Part shown: piece by piece, positions 20,374-32,300 of the stretch
Layout of the letters: each line of letters begins with the position of its first letter
Position numbering within the stretch: the first letter of the stretch is position 1
IMG/VR virus record: IMGVR_UViG_3300010268_000001
Reading direction: 5' to 3' (one strand)
DNA from: a virus
Length of the DNA stretch: 64,000 nt
Notes under the pieces: model-generated
Database searches by the model: none
What the model was told of the DNA's origin: nothing
Seen by the model: the letters and a program-made list of their open reading frames with translations, nothing else
Position numbers and translations under genes: made by a program

Positions 20374-21105
20374 TTATTTATAGATTGTGTACTTACTGTC
20401 ATATACTCGCTTCTTGTCAGGGCTTATATATACAGGATTGTTGCCATAGCCCCAGTAACCCTTCACGCTTATATCAAGGTGTACAAAGTCGTCACCTATT
20501 GCTATGCCGCCAAAGCCCATATACCAGGCTTGGTCTGCTATTATATATCGTTCTTCTCCGGTTGCTGCAACGTCTACTGCAATCCCGCCAGTGTGCGGGC
20601 TATATGTCGCTTTTTGGTTCTTGTTTGCGTATATTTGTTCGTTACGTTCTATTGTTCTAAATGAAGAGTATATATATAATTTATCTTTTTTGAGCTTCGG
20701 GGCGACAAGGTCGTGAAGCTCCGCAAGATAAAAAGCAAAGTCGCGGCGCACGCGACCGTCGCCCTTAAACCCATGATATCTTACGTCGAACCTGTCAGGA
20801 TCGAGCGTAGTAAATATTTCGTCATTCATGATGTTTTTCTGGGCAAAGGCCTGAGCTACCTTTTGATACTCCTGTCTTGTTATACCAGACGGGAGTTCTA
20901 TCTTATCAGGCCATACCCTTATAGGAGGGATTATATATGTCGTATCTCCGCTTGATAAATTAGAGTGCACAGATGCAGATATATCCACCTCGCCGCTTGA
21001 GGTGTTATCTATGGGTATCTCTCCGCTACTATCGAGCAGTTGGTCAATTCTTTCTACCTCTCTTATCTTGGCAAGATATTCTTTTCTTGCATCCTCGTAT
21101 AACAC
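20374..21105 (-). CDS. Peptidase M15-family (Zn D,D/L,D-peptidase) tail-associated lysin (243 aa)
   Basis: IYSSFRT...N, SPHTGGIAVDV and GFGGIAIGDDFVHLDI give the H/D/H Zn ligands of M15 (Peptidase_M15_3-like). Confidence 0.8.
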   Translation of the reverse strand: MLYEDARKEYLAKIREVERIDQLLDSSGEIPIDNTSSGEVDISASVHSNLSSGDTTYIIPPIRVWPDKIELPSGITRQEYQKVAQAFAQKNIMNDEIFTTLDPDRFDVRYHGFKGDGRVRRDFAFYLAELHDLVAPKLKKDKLYIYSSFRTIERNEQIYANKNQKATYSPHTGGIAVDVAATGEERYIIADQAWYMGFGGIAIGDDFVHLDISVKGYWGYGNNPVYISPDKKRVYDSKYTIYK

Positions 21106-21117
21106 TATTTACCCTCC

Positions 21118-24100
21118 TTACATTCCGAATGCCCTAAGCTGTGCTGTACTTGAGTCTACGCTGTAATCTGGCGGCGTAATTCCAAATATGGCGTATATAG
21201 CATTTATTGCTGTCTTACCAAAACCAGAGCCCATAAGGAACTTATCCAATGCACTGCAGTCTTCTCCAGCTATAACGCCTTTATGTCCGTTTATTCCTGC
21301 AACGAATGGCTTGCCTCTGTAATTTAGCGGTATAATTGTAAGCGCTTGTCTTGCTTTTAGCCAGCGGGCATGTCTTTCTACCACGCTGTTTATAAGTACG
21401 CTTATAGCAATATCAATGGCTATTTCTATTAGTAGCGATAGACCAGCTGTTCCTGCTGCCGCACCAGCACGCACAACAAGGGCTGAAGTTCCTCTGATTG
21501 CCGCCGCAGTTCCTTCTCCTGCTGTCTTTAGCGTAAACTTGGTAAGTTTTGATGTGCCTCTCCATAATCTGTTTAATGTTTTTGTGTAAAAGCCTGTTTC
21601 GGTAACGATTGCGCTCTTTTTGAATATCTTAAGATCGTCTATATACCGTGCAACGCCGCCTTTTGTTGTGACTGTGTCCTTAATATTACCAAAGATCTTT
21701 GCCATCTTTGTTAATATTGTGTCTTGTACGACGCCGTCTACAGTCTTAGTCTTTAAGAGTATTTTAGATAGGCCCTCTTTTATTTGCTGATAATCTGCTG
21801 CCCTTGCTGCTGCTTTGGCTGCATCGTCGATATTTGGGTTAATCAGTTTGCCTAGGTAAGAGCACAGATCATCACTTAGGTTGGATAGTGTCTTTAGTTC
21901 TGCGTCTGTCGCACCCGCCATCTTGCCAAGTACGTTCACAATTATCTTGTTTGTAGTCCATTTACCTGCTTTTCTGAACAATGCAGCAATAGGACTTCCC
22001 CATATCTTCTTCCACATTGTATTTTTAGTAAGCATACCTATGGTAAACATTACAGCGCCTATTGCTGTTCCTGCAAGCCAGCTATTTAATGAAATACCTT
22101 GCATATCGTCTATAACAGATACGCAGTCAGGTGTTATAGATGTAACAAAACCTGTTTCCATTGAGAAATGATGGACTACGCGCTGGATTTCAGCAAGGCC
22201 GGCCATGTCGGTATAGCTGTCGTTGATATAGAACTTGTCGTACGGCTTTGCCGTTGGGTCTCCTAGAACTATCAGCTCACCCTGGTACATGTCCTTCACA
22301 TAATCGCGGAGAGCTGACGCCGCTGCTGCTTCTGCGTACTTAGCCTGAGTCCAGAAGTTTTTATACCATACATCGGAATCATAGGGTAGGTTAATGATTG
22401 CTGTCTTCTGTTTTTCCGGGGCTATATCTGAGTCGAGCTGAACTACTCTTGTTCTTTTCTTGCCGTCGTCCCATACTCCAATTACGTTAGTATACATGAA
22501 TTCGTCAGTTGCCTTGATATCGTTCTTTATAATATCGAAATGGTCTGTGTATATCTTTAGTTGCGATAAGGCCCTTCTCTCGTATGAATATGGTTCACGG
22601 ACGAACATATCGTACTTGGTGTCGTAGTAATATTTGTACTTATACCTATCAATTACTCCCCACCATGGCTTGCCGTAGAAGACAGTGCTCCTGAATTCAA
22701 ACGGCACGACAGTTACTATATAATCTGGACATGCATGAGCGAACGCCTGCATAACTCCCCACGGAGTCTTGTCGAACAGATTTATGCGAACGTTCGGCTC
22801 GTCGCCTATGCCCTGTCCAGAACCATTTATATCAACCCAATTCCACCTGAATCCAAATTCTTGCCCTTTCTTAGTGCCTTCGGTGTAAACCCACTGGCTT
22901 AGCGTGTTTATTCCAGCAGAGCAGTATATATTCTGACCGCATTCTCCATAATCCTCAAACTTGTTAAACATATCCCAGCGCCTTAGCAGGACTGCGTCTG
23001 GCATGCTTGTAACACCAAAATGGACTATTCCGAGCGGATTGGAATTGTAGAAAACCCCACCAGATACTCTATTAGCGAGGTTCTGTAAAAATGATCCCTT
23101 GGACGTAAGCAGTCCACACATGAAGTCACGTGGTTCTATTGTTTTCTTTGTTATGAACCATCCACTTTCATTGGTGTCACCGGGGCTCACACGAAGCTTA
23201 TTGCACAGTTCTATGCCATCGCCCTGTGCCATAATCGTTACTATTTCTCCTGCGTTCATCTCTGTTATAACGCCATTGAATACTACTGGGAGCCTATATG
23301 CATTAGAGCCGTAACCCATTCTTAAATGTATTCTCGCTCCGGGCTTTAGCATTAGTGTATTAAGCTCGTCTCTTCTTGCTAGTAGGATTTCATCATCGGG
23401 AAGATCCCAGATGGTACGCCATACTTTCTGTTTTGCGTATTTATTGCCCCAGATAAGATCGCCGAGTGTATAATCCCACTCGCCATAGCTTACTTCGTTG
23501 TCATAGGTCGTGAGATTGTGGTATATATTAGCGAGTGTGATAACACATGTATCTGCGGCAATCTTTCTGTCACGACACAAATCTATTGAAACAATGGCAT
23601 TATATCCATAGAAGTTATCCCATAGCTTGTGCCATGCCATCCATCTGCCTTCGTCGATGATGAACATCTGATATGTCGGGAATGCCCTTACAAGTCTTCC
23701 GCGCTGGTCGTACTCAACAATGTCCTTAAATGCGCTTCTGTACAGTATCGCTATATCGTCTGGGGATATAATTGCACCTCTGATAGCATCCTGTGTGTCA
23801 ATTGAGTCTATGACGATTTCTGCAAACTCGGCATTCTCAAAATCTGCTATTTCGTATATCTTTCTTGTGTCGATACTGCTCTTGATGCTATCTATCATGT
23901 GGCTCTTGAAGTACGGCGAAGAATATGGATAGTTATTCTGCTCGAGCTTTGTAATTGCTATAACAGCCGTATCGAAGAAATACTGCGCTGCGCCCTCTTT
24001 GATAATAATATATTGCTTGTCAGCGTCAAACGTACCAGTTGTTTTAAATTCTTTTATAACTTCTTTGACGTAGTCTTCAAGTTTATATCCCTGAAGCTTA

Positions 24101-27100
24101 CTCTTCCTATGTTTCCATAATGATTGCTTTGTGGTGTCAGTGCTACCTGCGTCTTTTACCAGGTTGTCGTACAGACTGAATTGACCTGTTGTATCAGCAA
24201 CTAATACGTCGTTTATTACTCTTGCGTATAAGGAGTATCTTTCGTATTCTGTCAGGTCAAATACTATATCCTGAGGAGAAGTCGCGTTGGCAATATTTTT
24301 ATAGTGTTCTGTGTCTATAACGTCTGTGCCCAGTATACTGTTATATAAAGCTCCTTCATACGCCATGCGTGTTGCTTCTGTTTTCTGATTGAACGATAGT
24401 ATCTTTGCAAGACCGGAGTCATTAACGAATTTAGACAGCTTGATGTATAGCTTGTCTTTCGATAGGTATTCTTTGATGCGCTGCAGCTTCTCAGTTGCCT
24501 GAATCTGCGAATTGGCTACGCTGGCATCGCGTAACGACGTTGGAGTAGCGCCGACGTATACTGGATCTGCTCCGTACTTTGTCTTAAATCTCTTCATGAC
24601 TGCATTATAGTAGTCTACTTGGTTTGGGTCTGAATAGTTTCTAAGACCACTTTCTGGTCCTTTATTGTAGCATACGATTGCCCAGTCGAGCGGGTTTTCT
24701 TTTGCGTCTGCGTTACCAAGTTTGTCAGAGTGTGTAATTGCAAGGTTGTACTGCTGTGCGAAGAATTCTACCCCTCTGTATAGATTGTATTTCCAGTCCC
24801 ATGCTGCTCTTCTTGCCTGATCGAGGTTTTGTAGAATCCCAGACGTATACGCATTAAGCTGGGCGATACCTATGTCGTTTGTCTTGCTCCATATTGGAAT
24901 GCCATTACCATCAAACTGTTTCCATCCTGATTCAAGGTCGTACAGGGCTTTTAGGACGTTGACAACCTTTTCTCTTGTAATTTTCGGAGGTGATATCCTA
25001 TTATCGGAATACTTATACGTATACAGATAATTATTACCAGATGAGATAAGGTCAGCCTCTGACGGCAGATCTCTGAAGAATCCCGTATTATCATCACATA
25101 CAATTTCAGTTAGATATTGCACAAATTCCGCTTCCGTGGGATTTTTAAACCTGTTTGCACGTATACTCGCAATTACATTGTCTGATGCATTGTTAAGGTT
25201 AAACCAGCGCTTTATCTCTTCGTCTGTAGGCGACTTAATGACTGCTTCTTTAGTGATTGTGGCTTTTATTTTTTCAGGGACTTTTGGCCCCATTGAGCCA
25301 ACTGATGCTTTCACAATTTCGTTAGGATTTGTCTTTGCTCCCGGTATGGTCTTGGGATCGTATCTGGTTGTTTGTATGGCGTTGATATCTGTTGTGTACC
25401 CCCATCCGGTTTGTTTATCTGTTCTTTGCCCTACATAAACCTCATTTAAGTTCTGTTCAATCCATTCTAGTGTCTCGTCTGAATATATCGCGCTAGGCTG
25501 TGTCATGCCGCCATTAATCTGCTGTCCTCTTGTCGGAGTAACTTCAAACATTTCAAAACCGAGCTGATCTGTCATATAGATCGGCACTTGTCCGTCTTCG
25601 AGTATTGCATATACATAATCCCTAAATGTGTGCTCACACCTAATATAGAAATCAGGATCTACAAACTTGGCATTATCTGGATTAGGATAGTGCAGAAACG
25701 GCATACCATTAGGGTATGTTATCTTAAGATGTGGTAAAATCTCGTTTACTTCTTCATATGTTGGAAGTTCGAGATCAGGGTAGAGTTCAAGCTCCCTCAG
25801 TGTAAAATCTATAATGGCGTACTCAAAACCTGATTCATTTCTTCTTCTCCTTGAGTACGTATCTATAAAGCTTTGCAAGTCATACTCTAAACCACCATAT
25901 GCGGCCACCATGTCGAGTTCTTCTTTTACCCTCTGTGTCTTATCGAACGCAATAAACGATATATTGATTATAAAAGATTCTTTGTCGTTTTGCGATGTTT
26001 CCACTGAAAGCCTTTCTATCAGTACTGACTTAACTCCGAGCAACGAGGTAAGAGGTGTGTTTATTGTCAGTACACCAGAGGTTATTGCTATTCTATATTC
26101 TCTTGCAAGTCTTTGGGCTGTAGACATTAGCTGTCTAAATCTTTCTACCGCCTCCCTGTTCTTTGTTCTGATAGTAAGATCTATTATCGCATCAGAAGAA
26201 CCAAGGTGCTGGTATGTCGGGGTTTCCGCTGACAATATCTGGAGCGGAGTATATATATTATGCATCCGCGCAGCCATTGATTCTATATAGATGTCGTCTA
26301 TTGGAAACTCTGCAGATGGTATATCGGCTTCCGACAAATGAGCCATATAGTTTAGTTTTTCAAACTCACGTTCATAGTCAATAAAAAACAGGGATGTCGC
26401 TTCTTCTGCGTTTCCTATTATAGATACAAGCGTTTCGTCATACGGATTAATTGCATAGTAGTTCGTATTTCCGAGCTTGGTCTTAACACGTCTTTTATTG
26501 ACAGGAGAGTTTATCTGTATGATATACATTCCGCCACTATACGGCGCTTCATCATCGCCGAGATACTTCTCGTAAAGACTTGCAGGGCTACCTGCTTCAA
26601 GTGTATCCTCAACAACGCTGGCGGAGCGAACACCTGACACACCGGGCGAGCTTACAAATCTATTAGAAACATATTGCACAGTAATTGTAGACTTGGCAGT
26701 GAACGACACGTACAGGTTTGCTATACTACTGTCTTTAACCATAGACCATGCCGGGTCGCTAGAGAAGCGGTATGCCATATTATTGATGATATACAAAATC
26801 TCACGCATTTTATACATAATAAAGTATGCAGTTGCAGACCCGTGCATTGTACTCGTGCCAAAATAGGTGTATGCAACTATATTATAAAGCGCAACCGCAT
26901 ATTTTGCTGCTTTTGATGAATCGTTGCTTCTACCGCTAATAAGTTCCCTAACCTCTTCATATATCTCGGTGACATCAAATAAGCCGCTTGAGTTGTACAT
27001 TTTTGGATACGAAGATGCCGGATATCTTTTTAAAGCCTGCCTAAACCTGTCAAACTGCTCGCGTGCCATACCTATGTGTTCTGCTTCTTTAAGTATCTCA

Positions 27101-29334
27101 CCAACTGTCGTATTATCTTTTATATTGGCTTCTCTGAATAGTCTTGGATGTATCTTATTTACAAGGTCGTAGATCGCTTGCTTGCGTTCGTTTAGCACCG
27201 CCTCATCAGGGATTGAGAACGAGATGGTATCGTCAAGCCTGTTAAGTTTTGCGTAATATGATCTTTCGGGTTTATCAGACGGATTTAACGATCTTTGATA
27301 GAACCATCTGAATAACGGCCAGCAAAACGTAGATGCAAAGTCTTCTTCCTGCGGCATATAGACGGTATGATCAAATTGCAGGAGAGTTAATCTTGCTTGC
27401 AGGCATGACGGAAAACCTGGGACAGTTGCTATCTCCAGGTCTTTTAGTACAACAGCATATATATTAAAACGTTCGTTCAAAAGCTCATTCTCTATAGGCA
27501 GAAAAGGCGCTCTCTTGAACTGGGCTATCAGCGGACGCAGACCATTGCGATAATATGTCATTCCTTTTGGTCCGGGCATCTCATACCCGTTGACAGATTC
27601 AAGATTAGGGAAGAATAAATCTATTGTTATAACTGTATCGGAATATCCACTTTGTATTTGCATTGACGACTTGCTTCTCAGTGTCTGTAATCTTACATTG
27701 GACGCCTGCGTATCCACGTGAATTGATAACGGGGGAACAAGGAACATGCAGTCGCCTATTCTTAATTTAAACTGGTTGTACGGATCAAAACCCATCTGTT
27801 CATCTAGGCGGTTCCTGTCGTCGATCCTCATATTCTCATAGTCTTCGGTTTCACAGTCAGCGGGGACGAGGTTATAGTTATTGAGTTTAAATCCGCCTTC
27901 CCATAGGTCGTCTTCGTTGTCTTCAAAGATTTCATATCTATCAATCGAGATTACGCGCCCAGGATATAAGTCTATGTCGCCAATCTGATTTGTTAATTCA
28001 TTAACAGAAATGCCAAATTCAGCAGCTATACTGCTTAAAGTATCGCCAGGCTGGACGATATAGCTATCCACACCTGTTTTTACCTTATATTGTCTATTAT
28101 ACACTAATTCTACCTTATTGTCAAGCGCGTCAAGAGGCGTCTGAGGCAGCATGCTAAGCCCGTATTTATCAAGAAACGCCTGCATGCCGCTTGAATTTTT
28201 CTTTTCCAGCTCGTATTTCCTTATTTCTTCTACGCGCTTGTCGTAGTCAGGCGCATACAACCACCATGTATGGATGTCGAACTTACTTACTATGGTTCCA
28301 TTGCTATCCATACTATACTCGTATGTGGGCTCACCAAGGGCAAATTCAGGGAATCTCTTTGACTTGTTTGCTATGATTGATGTATTGACGCAAATTGTGA
28401 GCTCCTGATCATTTAAACCCGTATACCCTTGCGTGCTATCGAGATACACGACTCCTACAAGGCGGCCATCCTTGTCAAATTTAGGCTGGTCTCCGGGTAT
28501 GTTGTTGTCGTCGACCTCTGCAATTACGATAACCTTCTTGTTTAATACTAGCCCTTCAACAAACTCTCTTGCTTCTTCAGCAAGCGCACATATTTTGTCC
28601 ATTATGCCATTTTCTTCTGTTGGTGGCTCAAGGCCATGTCTTGCAGCCCACTCCATATTTTTGTTATACCACGATGTGTCGATATCCTTCTTAGTTTCGG
28701 GACACAGTACACCAACGAGACGCACTGTCAGAGGTCTTCCGACAAATTCGCTTCCAACCTTGTTCTGTTCTTCCACACTTATTCTTATGGTGTCACCGTC
28801 TGTTACACCGTATACCGTACCTTTGACCCACATATCTTTTGATGTGAGGACAGGCTTATAGTCATATTTAACAACATAATCGTCAAACGTGGGTCTTGGA
28901 ATATCAATAGGCTGCGTATGCGATCGTATAAGCTTTCTCGACTCTACTGTGATCTCTATCTTTATAATCATTATGCCGTTTTCGTATGCGGGGTTTGGCG
29001 AATATTCTATGTAACCGACAACAGGAAGGGATTCTGGAAAACCCCCTCCGTTGTCTATATTAAGAATAGACATGGCGTTTCTTAGTCTTTCGCCTATATT
29101 TACTGAATGAACAACAGCGTATGTTGTGCTGTATACCGGGTTGTCCTCAGTCTGCTCTGTAAACATTATCTTGAATTTATACATGTTCTTTGTAAGATCC
29201 ACATTATCGAGATAGCTCTCTGGAACATTAAGCGCTGTTGCTACAGAGGTGCGGACTGTCCCAGATTGCGAATTGTCTGCTCCATATGGTGTTACATCTA
29301 ATACTTGTATGTTAGCCCGCTTAATGCTTGCCAT
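21118..29334 (-). CDS. Giant baseplate hub / tail-associated lysin: SNase-like nuclease + LysM + tube/hub folds + SLT lytic transglycosylase (2738 aa)
   Basis: SNase: VYGVTDGDTIRI...VRLVGVLCPE...DKDGRLVGVVY (about 28360-28830). LysM: YIVQPGDTLSSIAAEFGIS (about 27945-28070). SLT: LYDLESGWKQ...DIGIAQLN...WAIVCYNKGP (about 24580-24965). Hub: PGARIHLRMGYG...VFNGVITEM and GELIVLGDPTAKPYDKFYI. Confidence 0.8.
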   Translation of the reverse strand: MASIKRANIQVLDVTPYGADNSQSGTVRTSVATALNVPESYLDNVDLTKNMYKFKIMFTEQTEDNPVYSTTYAVVHSVNIGERLRNAMSILNIDNGGGFPESLPVVGYIEYSPNPAYENGIMIIKIEITVESRKLIRSHTQPIDIPRPTFDDYVVKYDYKPVLTSKDMWVKGTVYGVTDGDTIRISVEEQNKVGSEFVGRPLTVRLVGVLCPETKKDIDTSWYNKNMEWAARHGLEPPTEENGIMDKICALAEEAREFVEGLVLNKKVIVIAEVDDNNIPGDQPKFDKDGRLVGVVYLDSTQGYTGLNDQELTICVNTSIIANKSKRFPEFALGEPTYEYSMDSNGTIVSKFDIHTWWLYAPDYDKRVEEIRKYELEKKNSSGMQAFLDKYGLSMLPQTPLDALDNKVELVYNRQYKVKTGVDSYIVQPGDTLSSIAAEFGISVNELTNQIGDIDLYPGRVISIDRYEIFEDNEDDLWEGGFKLNNYNLVPADCETEDYENMRIDDRNRLDEQMGFDPYNQFKLRIGDCMFLVPPLSIHVDTQASNVRLQTLRSKSSMQIQSGYSDTVITIDLFFPNLESVNGYEMPGPKGMTYYRNGLRPLIAQFKRAPFLPIENELLNERFNIYAVVLKDLEIATVPGFPSCLQARLTLLQFDHTVYMPQEEDFASTFCWPLFRWFYQRSLNPSDKPERSYYAKLNRLDDTISFSIPDEAVLNERKQAIYDLVNKIHPRLFREANIKDNTTVGEILKEAEHIGMAREQFDRFRQALKRYPASSYPKMYNSSGLFDVTEIYEEVRELISGRSNDSSKAAKYAVALYNIVAYTYFGTSTMHGSATAYFIMYKMREILYIINNMAYRFSSDPAWSMVKDSSIANLYVSFTAKSTITVQYVSNRFVSSPGVSGVRSASVVEDTLEAGSPASLYEKYLGDDEAPYSGGMYIIQINSPVNKRRVKTKLGNTNYYAINPYDETLVSIIGNAEEATSLFFIDYEREFEKLNYMAHLSEADIPSAEFPIDDIYIESMAARMHNIYTPLQILSAETPTYQHLGSSDAIIDLTIRTKNREAVERFRQLMSTAQRLAREYRIAITSGVLTINTPLTSLLGVKSVLIERLSVETSQNDKESFIINISFIAFDKTQRVKEELDMVAAYGGLEYDLQSFIDTYSRRRRNESGFEYAIIDFTLRELELYPDLELPTYEEVNEILPHLKITYPNGMPFLHYPNPDNAKFVDPDFYIRCEHTFRDYVYAILEDGQVPIYMTDQLGFEMFEVTPTRGQQINGGMTQPSAIYSDETLEWIEQNLNEVYVGQRTDKQTGWGYTTDINAIQTTRYDPKTIPGAKTNPNEIVKASVGSMGPKVPEKIKATITKEAVIKSPTDEEIKRWFNLNNASDNVIASIRANRFKNPTEAEFVQYLTEIVCDDNTGFFRDLPSEADLISSGNNYLYTYKYSDNRISPPKITREKVVNVLKALYDLESGWKQFDGNGIPIWSKTNDIGIAQLNAYTSGILQNLDQARRAAWDWKYNLYRGVEFFAQQYNLAITHSDKLGNADAKENPLDWAIVCYNKGPESGLRNYSDPNQVDYYNAVMKRFKTKYGADPVYVGATPTSLRDASVANSQIQATEKLQRIKEYLSKDKLYIKLSKFVNDSGLAKILSFNQKTEATRMAYEGALYNSILGTDVIDTEHYKNIANATSPQDIVFDLTEYERYSLYARVINDVLVADTTGQFSLYDNLVKDAGSTDTTKQSLWKHRKSKLQGYKLEDYVKEVIKEFKTTGTFDADKQYIIIKEGAAQYFFDTAVIAITKLEQNNYPYSSPYFKSHMIDSIKSSIDTRKIYEIADFENAEFAEIVIDSIDTQDAIRGAIISPDDIAILYRSAFKDIVEYDQRGRLVRAFPTYQMFIIDEGRWMAWHKLWDNFYGYNAIVSIDLCRDRKIAADTCVITLANIYHNLTTYDNEVSYGEWDYTLGDLIWGNKYAKQKVWRTIWDLPDDEILLARRDELNTLMLKPGARIHLRMGYGSNAYRLPVVFNGVITEMNAGEIVTIMAQGDGIELCNKLRVSPGDTNESGWFITKKTIEPRDFMCGLLTSKGSFLQNLANRVSGGVFYNSNPLGIVHFGVTSMPDAVLLRRWDMFNKFEDYGECGQNIYCSAGINTLSQWVYTEGTKKGQEFGFRWNWVDINGSGQGIGDEPNVRINLFDKTPWGVMQAFAHACPDYIVTVVPFEFRSTVFYGKPWWGVIDRYKYKYYYDTKYDMFVREPYSYERRALSQLKIYTDHFDIIKNDIKATDEFMYTNVIGVWDDGKKRTRVVQLDSDIAPEKQKTAIINLPYDSDVWYKNFWTQAKYAEAAAASALRDYVKDMYQGELIVLGDPTAKPYDKFYINDSYTDMAGLAEIQRVVHHFSMETGFVTSITPDCVSVIDDMQGISLNSWLAGTAIGAVMFTIGMLTKNTMWKKIWGSPIAALFRKAGKWTTNKIIVNVLGKMAGATDAELKTLSNLSDDLCSYLGKLINPNIDDAAKAAARAADYQQIKEGLSKILLKTKTVDGVVQDTILTKMAKIFGNIKDTVTTKGGVARYIDDLKIFKKSAIVTETGFYTKTLNRLWRGTSKLTKFTLKTAGEGTAAAIRGTSALVVRAGAAAGTAGLSLLIEIAIDIAISVLINSVVERHARWLKARQALTIIPLNYRGKPFVAGINGHKGVIAGEDCSALDKFLMGSGFGKTAINAIYAIFGITPPDYSVDSSTAQLRAFGM

Positions 29335-29348
29335 TTGTCTTGCCTCCC

Positions 29349-32300
29349 TTAGTACGCGTATCCCGTCTTTAATACGTTTGTAAACTGCATTTGCAGCCAG
29401 GATCTATCTATGGTTTGTCTGTTGTCCTCGGATACTATCTTAATATTCATGTTGATTCCTGTTTGTCTTATAACCTCGTCGGATATCATCTGGGCAACTT
29501 CTTCATTTGTCATTCCTCTGTTGACATTGCCTCTGATTACGACATTTATCTTTTCATATCCTGTTCCCTTTGGTGTTACATATGCTGTCGGGCCTGCCCC
29601 GGGTGGTGCACCAACAGCGTACTTAATAGGATTGACGTATGTGCCATCAGACGACGGAGCCTGATCTTCATGCGCTTCGACTGGCTCGTGTTCTATGTTC
29701 GGTCCTCTGAACATGCCAGAAATTGCCCATGCGCCCATCGCTATCATAGCGGCGGTTCCGAGTCCTTTTAATGTCGCTCCTTTAAATGCACTTCCTACCG
29801 CCTCAGATACTTCGTCTACCTTGCTTTGACCTATTGTATATAATGACTTGCCAGTAACATTGGATATGTTTTCTGCGTTGAACGCGCCGCCTATATCCCT
29901 TCCTTTGGAGGCAATATAACTCATTGCCTCTGGAACGAGTTTATCGACTTTTTCAATGAGCTTTTCATCACCAACGCCGAAGTGTAAAAACTTATCAAGC
30001 ACGTAGTAACCAAGGGGACTTGTTTTTGACGGATTGGATATGTCATAGCCAAACCGTATAGCATCAACAGCAGAGCCAGGTTCGGCAAGCGCAACGTTTA
30101 AGAAGCTGTCCCATATTACATTCTTTGATGTATGTCTTTGAATAAGGTCAAGCGCAGTCCTGATGTCTGCCTCTGTTAGGTCTCTTCCAAATACTGCACG
30201 TGTTATCTTGGCCTGGTCTTTAACACCACCCTGGAAGATCCATTCGCCGAGTTCGTTTTGCTTGAATACACCAAGTGTCTTTGATTGATCTATAATCTCA
30301 TCTATGTTAAAGTTTGATAAAGCTGCGTACAAGTTCTCGACTGCACCTATGTATTTTTTGAATTGCTCCGCTGTTGTGCCCTCTGTTAGCTGTTCACTTA
30401 ATCTCTTTGCAGAGATCGGCATCTGTTCTACAGCACTCATAAAGTAAGACGTTACAAGCCATGGGTTTGACGCAGCATCTTTAATCGCCTCTTGCGTCAT
30501 ACTGTTTACTGTTATTTCTGCCGCACGCCTATACCTTGTTGCCATGTTTGAGAATATACCAACTCTCTTTTGCAATCTTGCCTCTGTTCCGATTATCTCG
30601 TCATACATGCTTACCTTGGCTTTTAGTGTGTCCGAGCTCATTAACACATCATAAAGGTATTCGTCTGCGGCCAACTCTTCTATCTTTTGGTTTGCAATAA
30701 GTCTTGAATAGCGCTGCTCTGCTTTAAATAGATCTAATAGTTCCTGATTGGCCTGAGTGTCAATCATTGCGCCTTTTGCCTTGCTTCCAGCTATCTGGGG
30801 CAATAACCATGCATGGGTATCGCCGTCCATGTCGGCGTTCTGACTTATCTGTGTGCCCAATGTAACCCATACATTGCCTTTGAGCGAAACCGGAAGGCTG
30901 CTTTCTGCTTCTTCTGAGAGAACTTTGACCATGTTTACCTGCATTGTGCTTACGTCTTTTACGGGCCACCTGATGCTTATCATTGGTATGCCTTCTTTTT
31001 CCGCCATCTCCATGATCTTGTCTGCATCCCTGACGCCACTTAACATATCCATCAGGTCATATCTCGACATAACAGCATAACCTTCATCAAGTGTGTTTGC
31101 GTATTTATATATATATGAGTTAGGATCTATTGTTCTGTACTTAAATATACCTGAATGAGATACTCTATGCGACAAGGCATTCTCGGCGATATATCCTTTT
31201 GAATGCATTATAGCCCTGCCGTATTCCTGGTGCAGGTTTTCAACAGCTCTCTGGAGTGAGTCTTTTGCCTCTGCTAACGCAATATCGTCTGTAGCAGCAT
31301 TATAATCAAAGATAGCGTTAAACAGCTGTCTTTGGGCTTTTTGTATTTCATTTAGATGAACTTCGCCCTGTTCGCCTCTTAATTTAAGCGGAGCTATCAG
31401 GGCCTTGTCAACCGTATATGATCTGCCCTTGGCATCGCTCATGGTAACTGGTGTCGGAAGCTCAAGGAAGAAAGGCTTTCCATCAAACAGGCCAGGATCG
31501 ACGATTGTTCCTCTAAGTTCGCTTCTTAGATACCCTCTTGATTCAGTGGGCATGAGTCTTAACTGTGAGAATAGTATATCTCCTTTTTGCAGTTGTGGCT
31601 GATTCACGACGCGTACCGTCGGTATATCTTCAAGAAAAGGTCTGTGCTGACCGCTGGCTGCGGCAAGCGCTTCTCTTATTATTGCTCCTTCTTTTAAGAA
31701 GCTACTAGACTCCTGAAACGCTGCACCCTCCATTAGTTCTAACAGCCTGTTTGTCTGCACTCCGTGTAGCCTGCTTCTGTTATACATCATTTCAAGCTCA
31801 CGTAGGCCTATCTTTACAAACTCTCCTTCTTCGCCTACGCCACCCATATAGTCTGCAACGTCGGATCTTATAAATCCCATAAGACCTGTTAGAACTTTAT
31901 GGCCAGTCTTTGTTGTTATTATGTTTTTACCGCCAAGCTTTTCTGTTACTGCATTAATATATTCCTGAACGTTAATATCGTATATCATCCTGGTCGGAAA
32001 AACAAGTCTGTACGAATCGTTTATTGCCTCGATCCTTAAACCTCTTTTTCTTAGCTCTTTTACAGGATCCTTGCCCATCGCCCTCTCGAGGACTTCTTCT
32101 ACTGCTGCCTGTATCTGTTCTTTTGTTATCTTACCCACAGTCTGCATTTCGTACATCATCATATTAAGCTGTGAGGCAAGTAAATCTCCGGGCAGCTTCT
32201 TTACTCCGACATTCACTATTGCTTCTATGTCGGCGTATTCTTCGCCAAATAGGCGTATTATTTCTTCTTTTGTAAGAAGTCCTACAGTAAACTTGTTACC

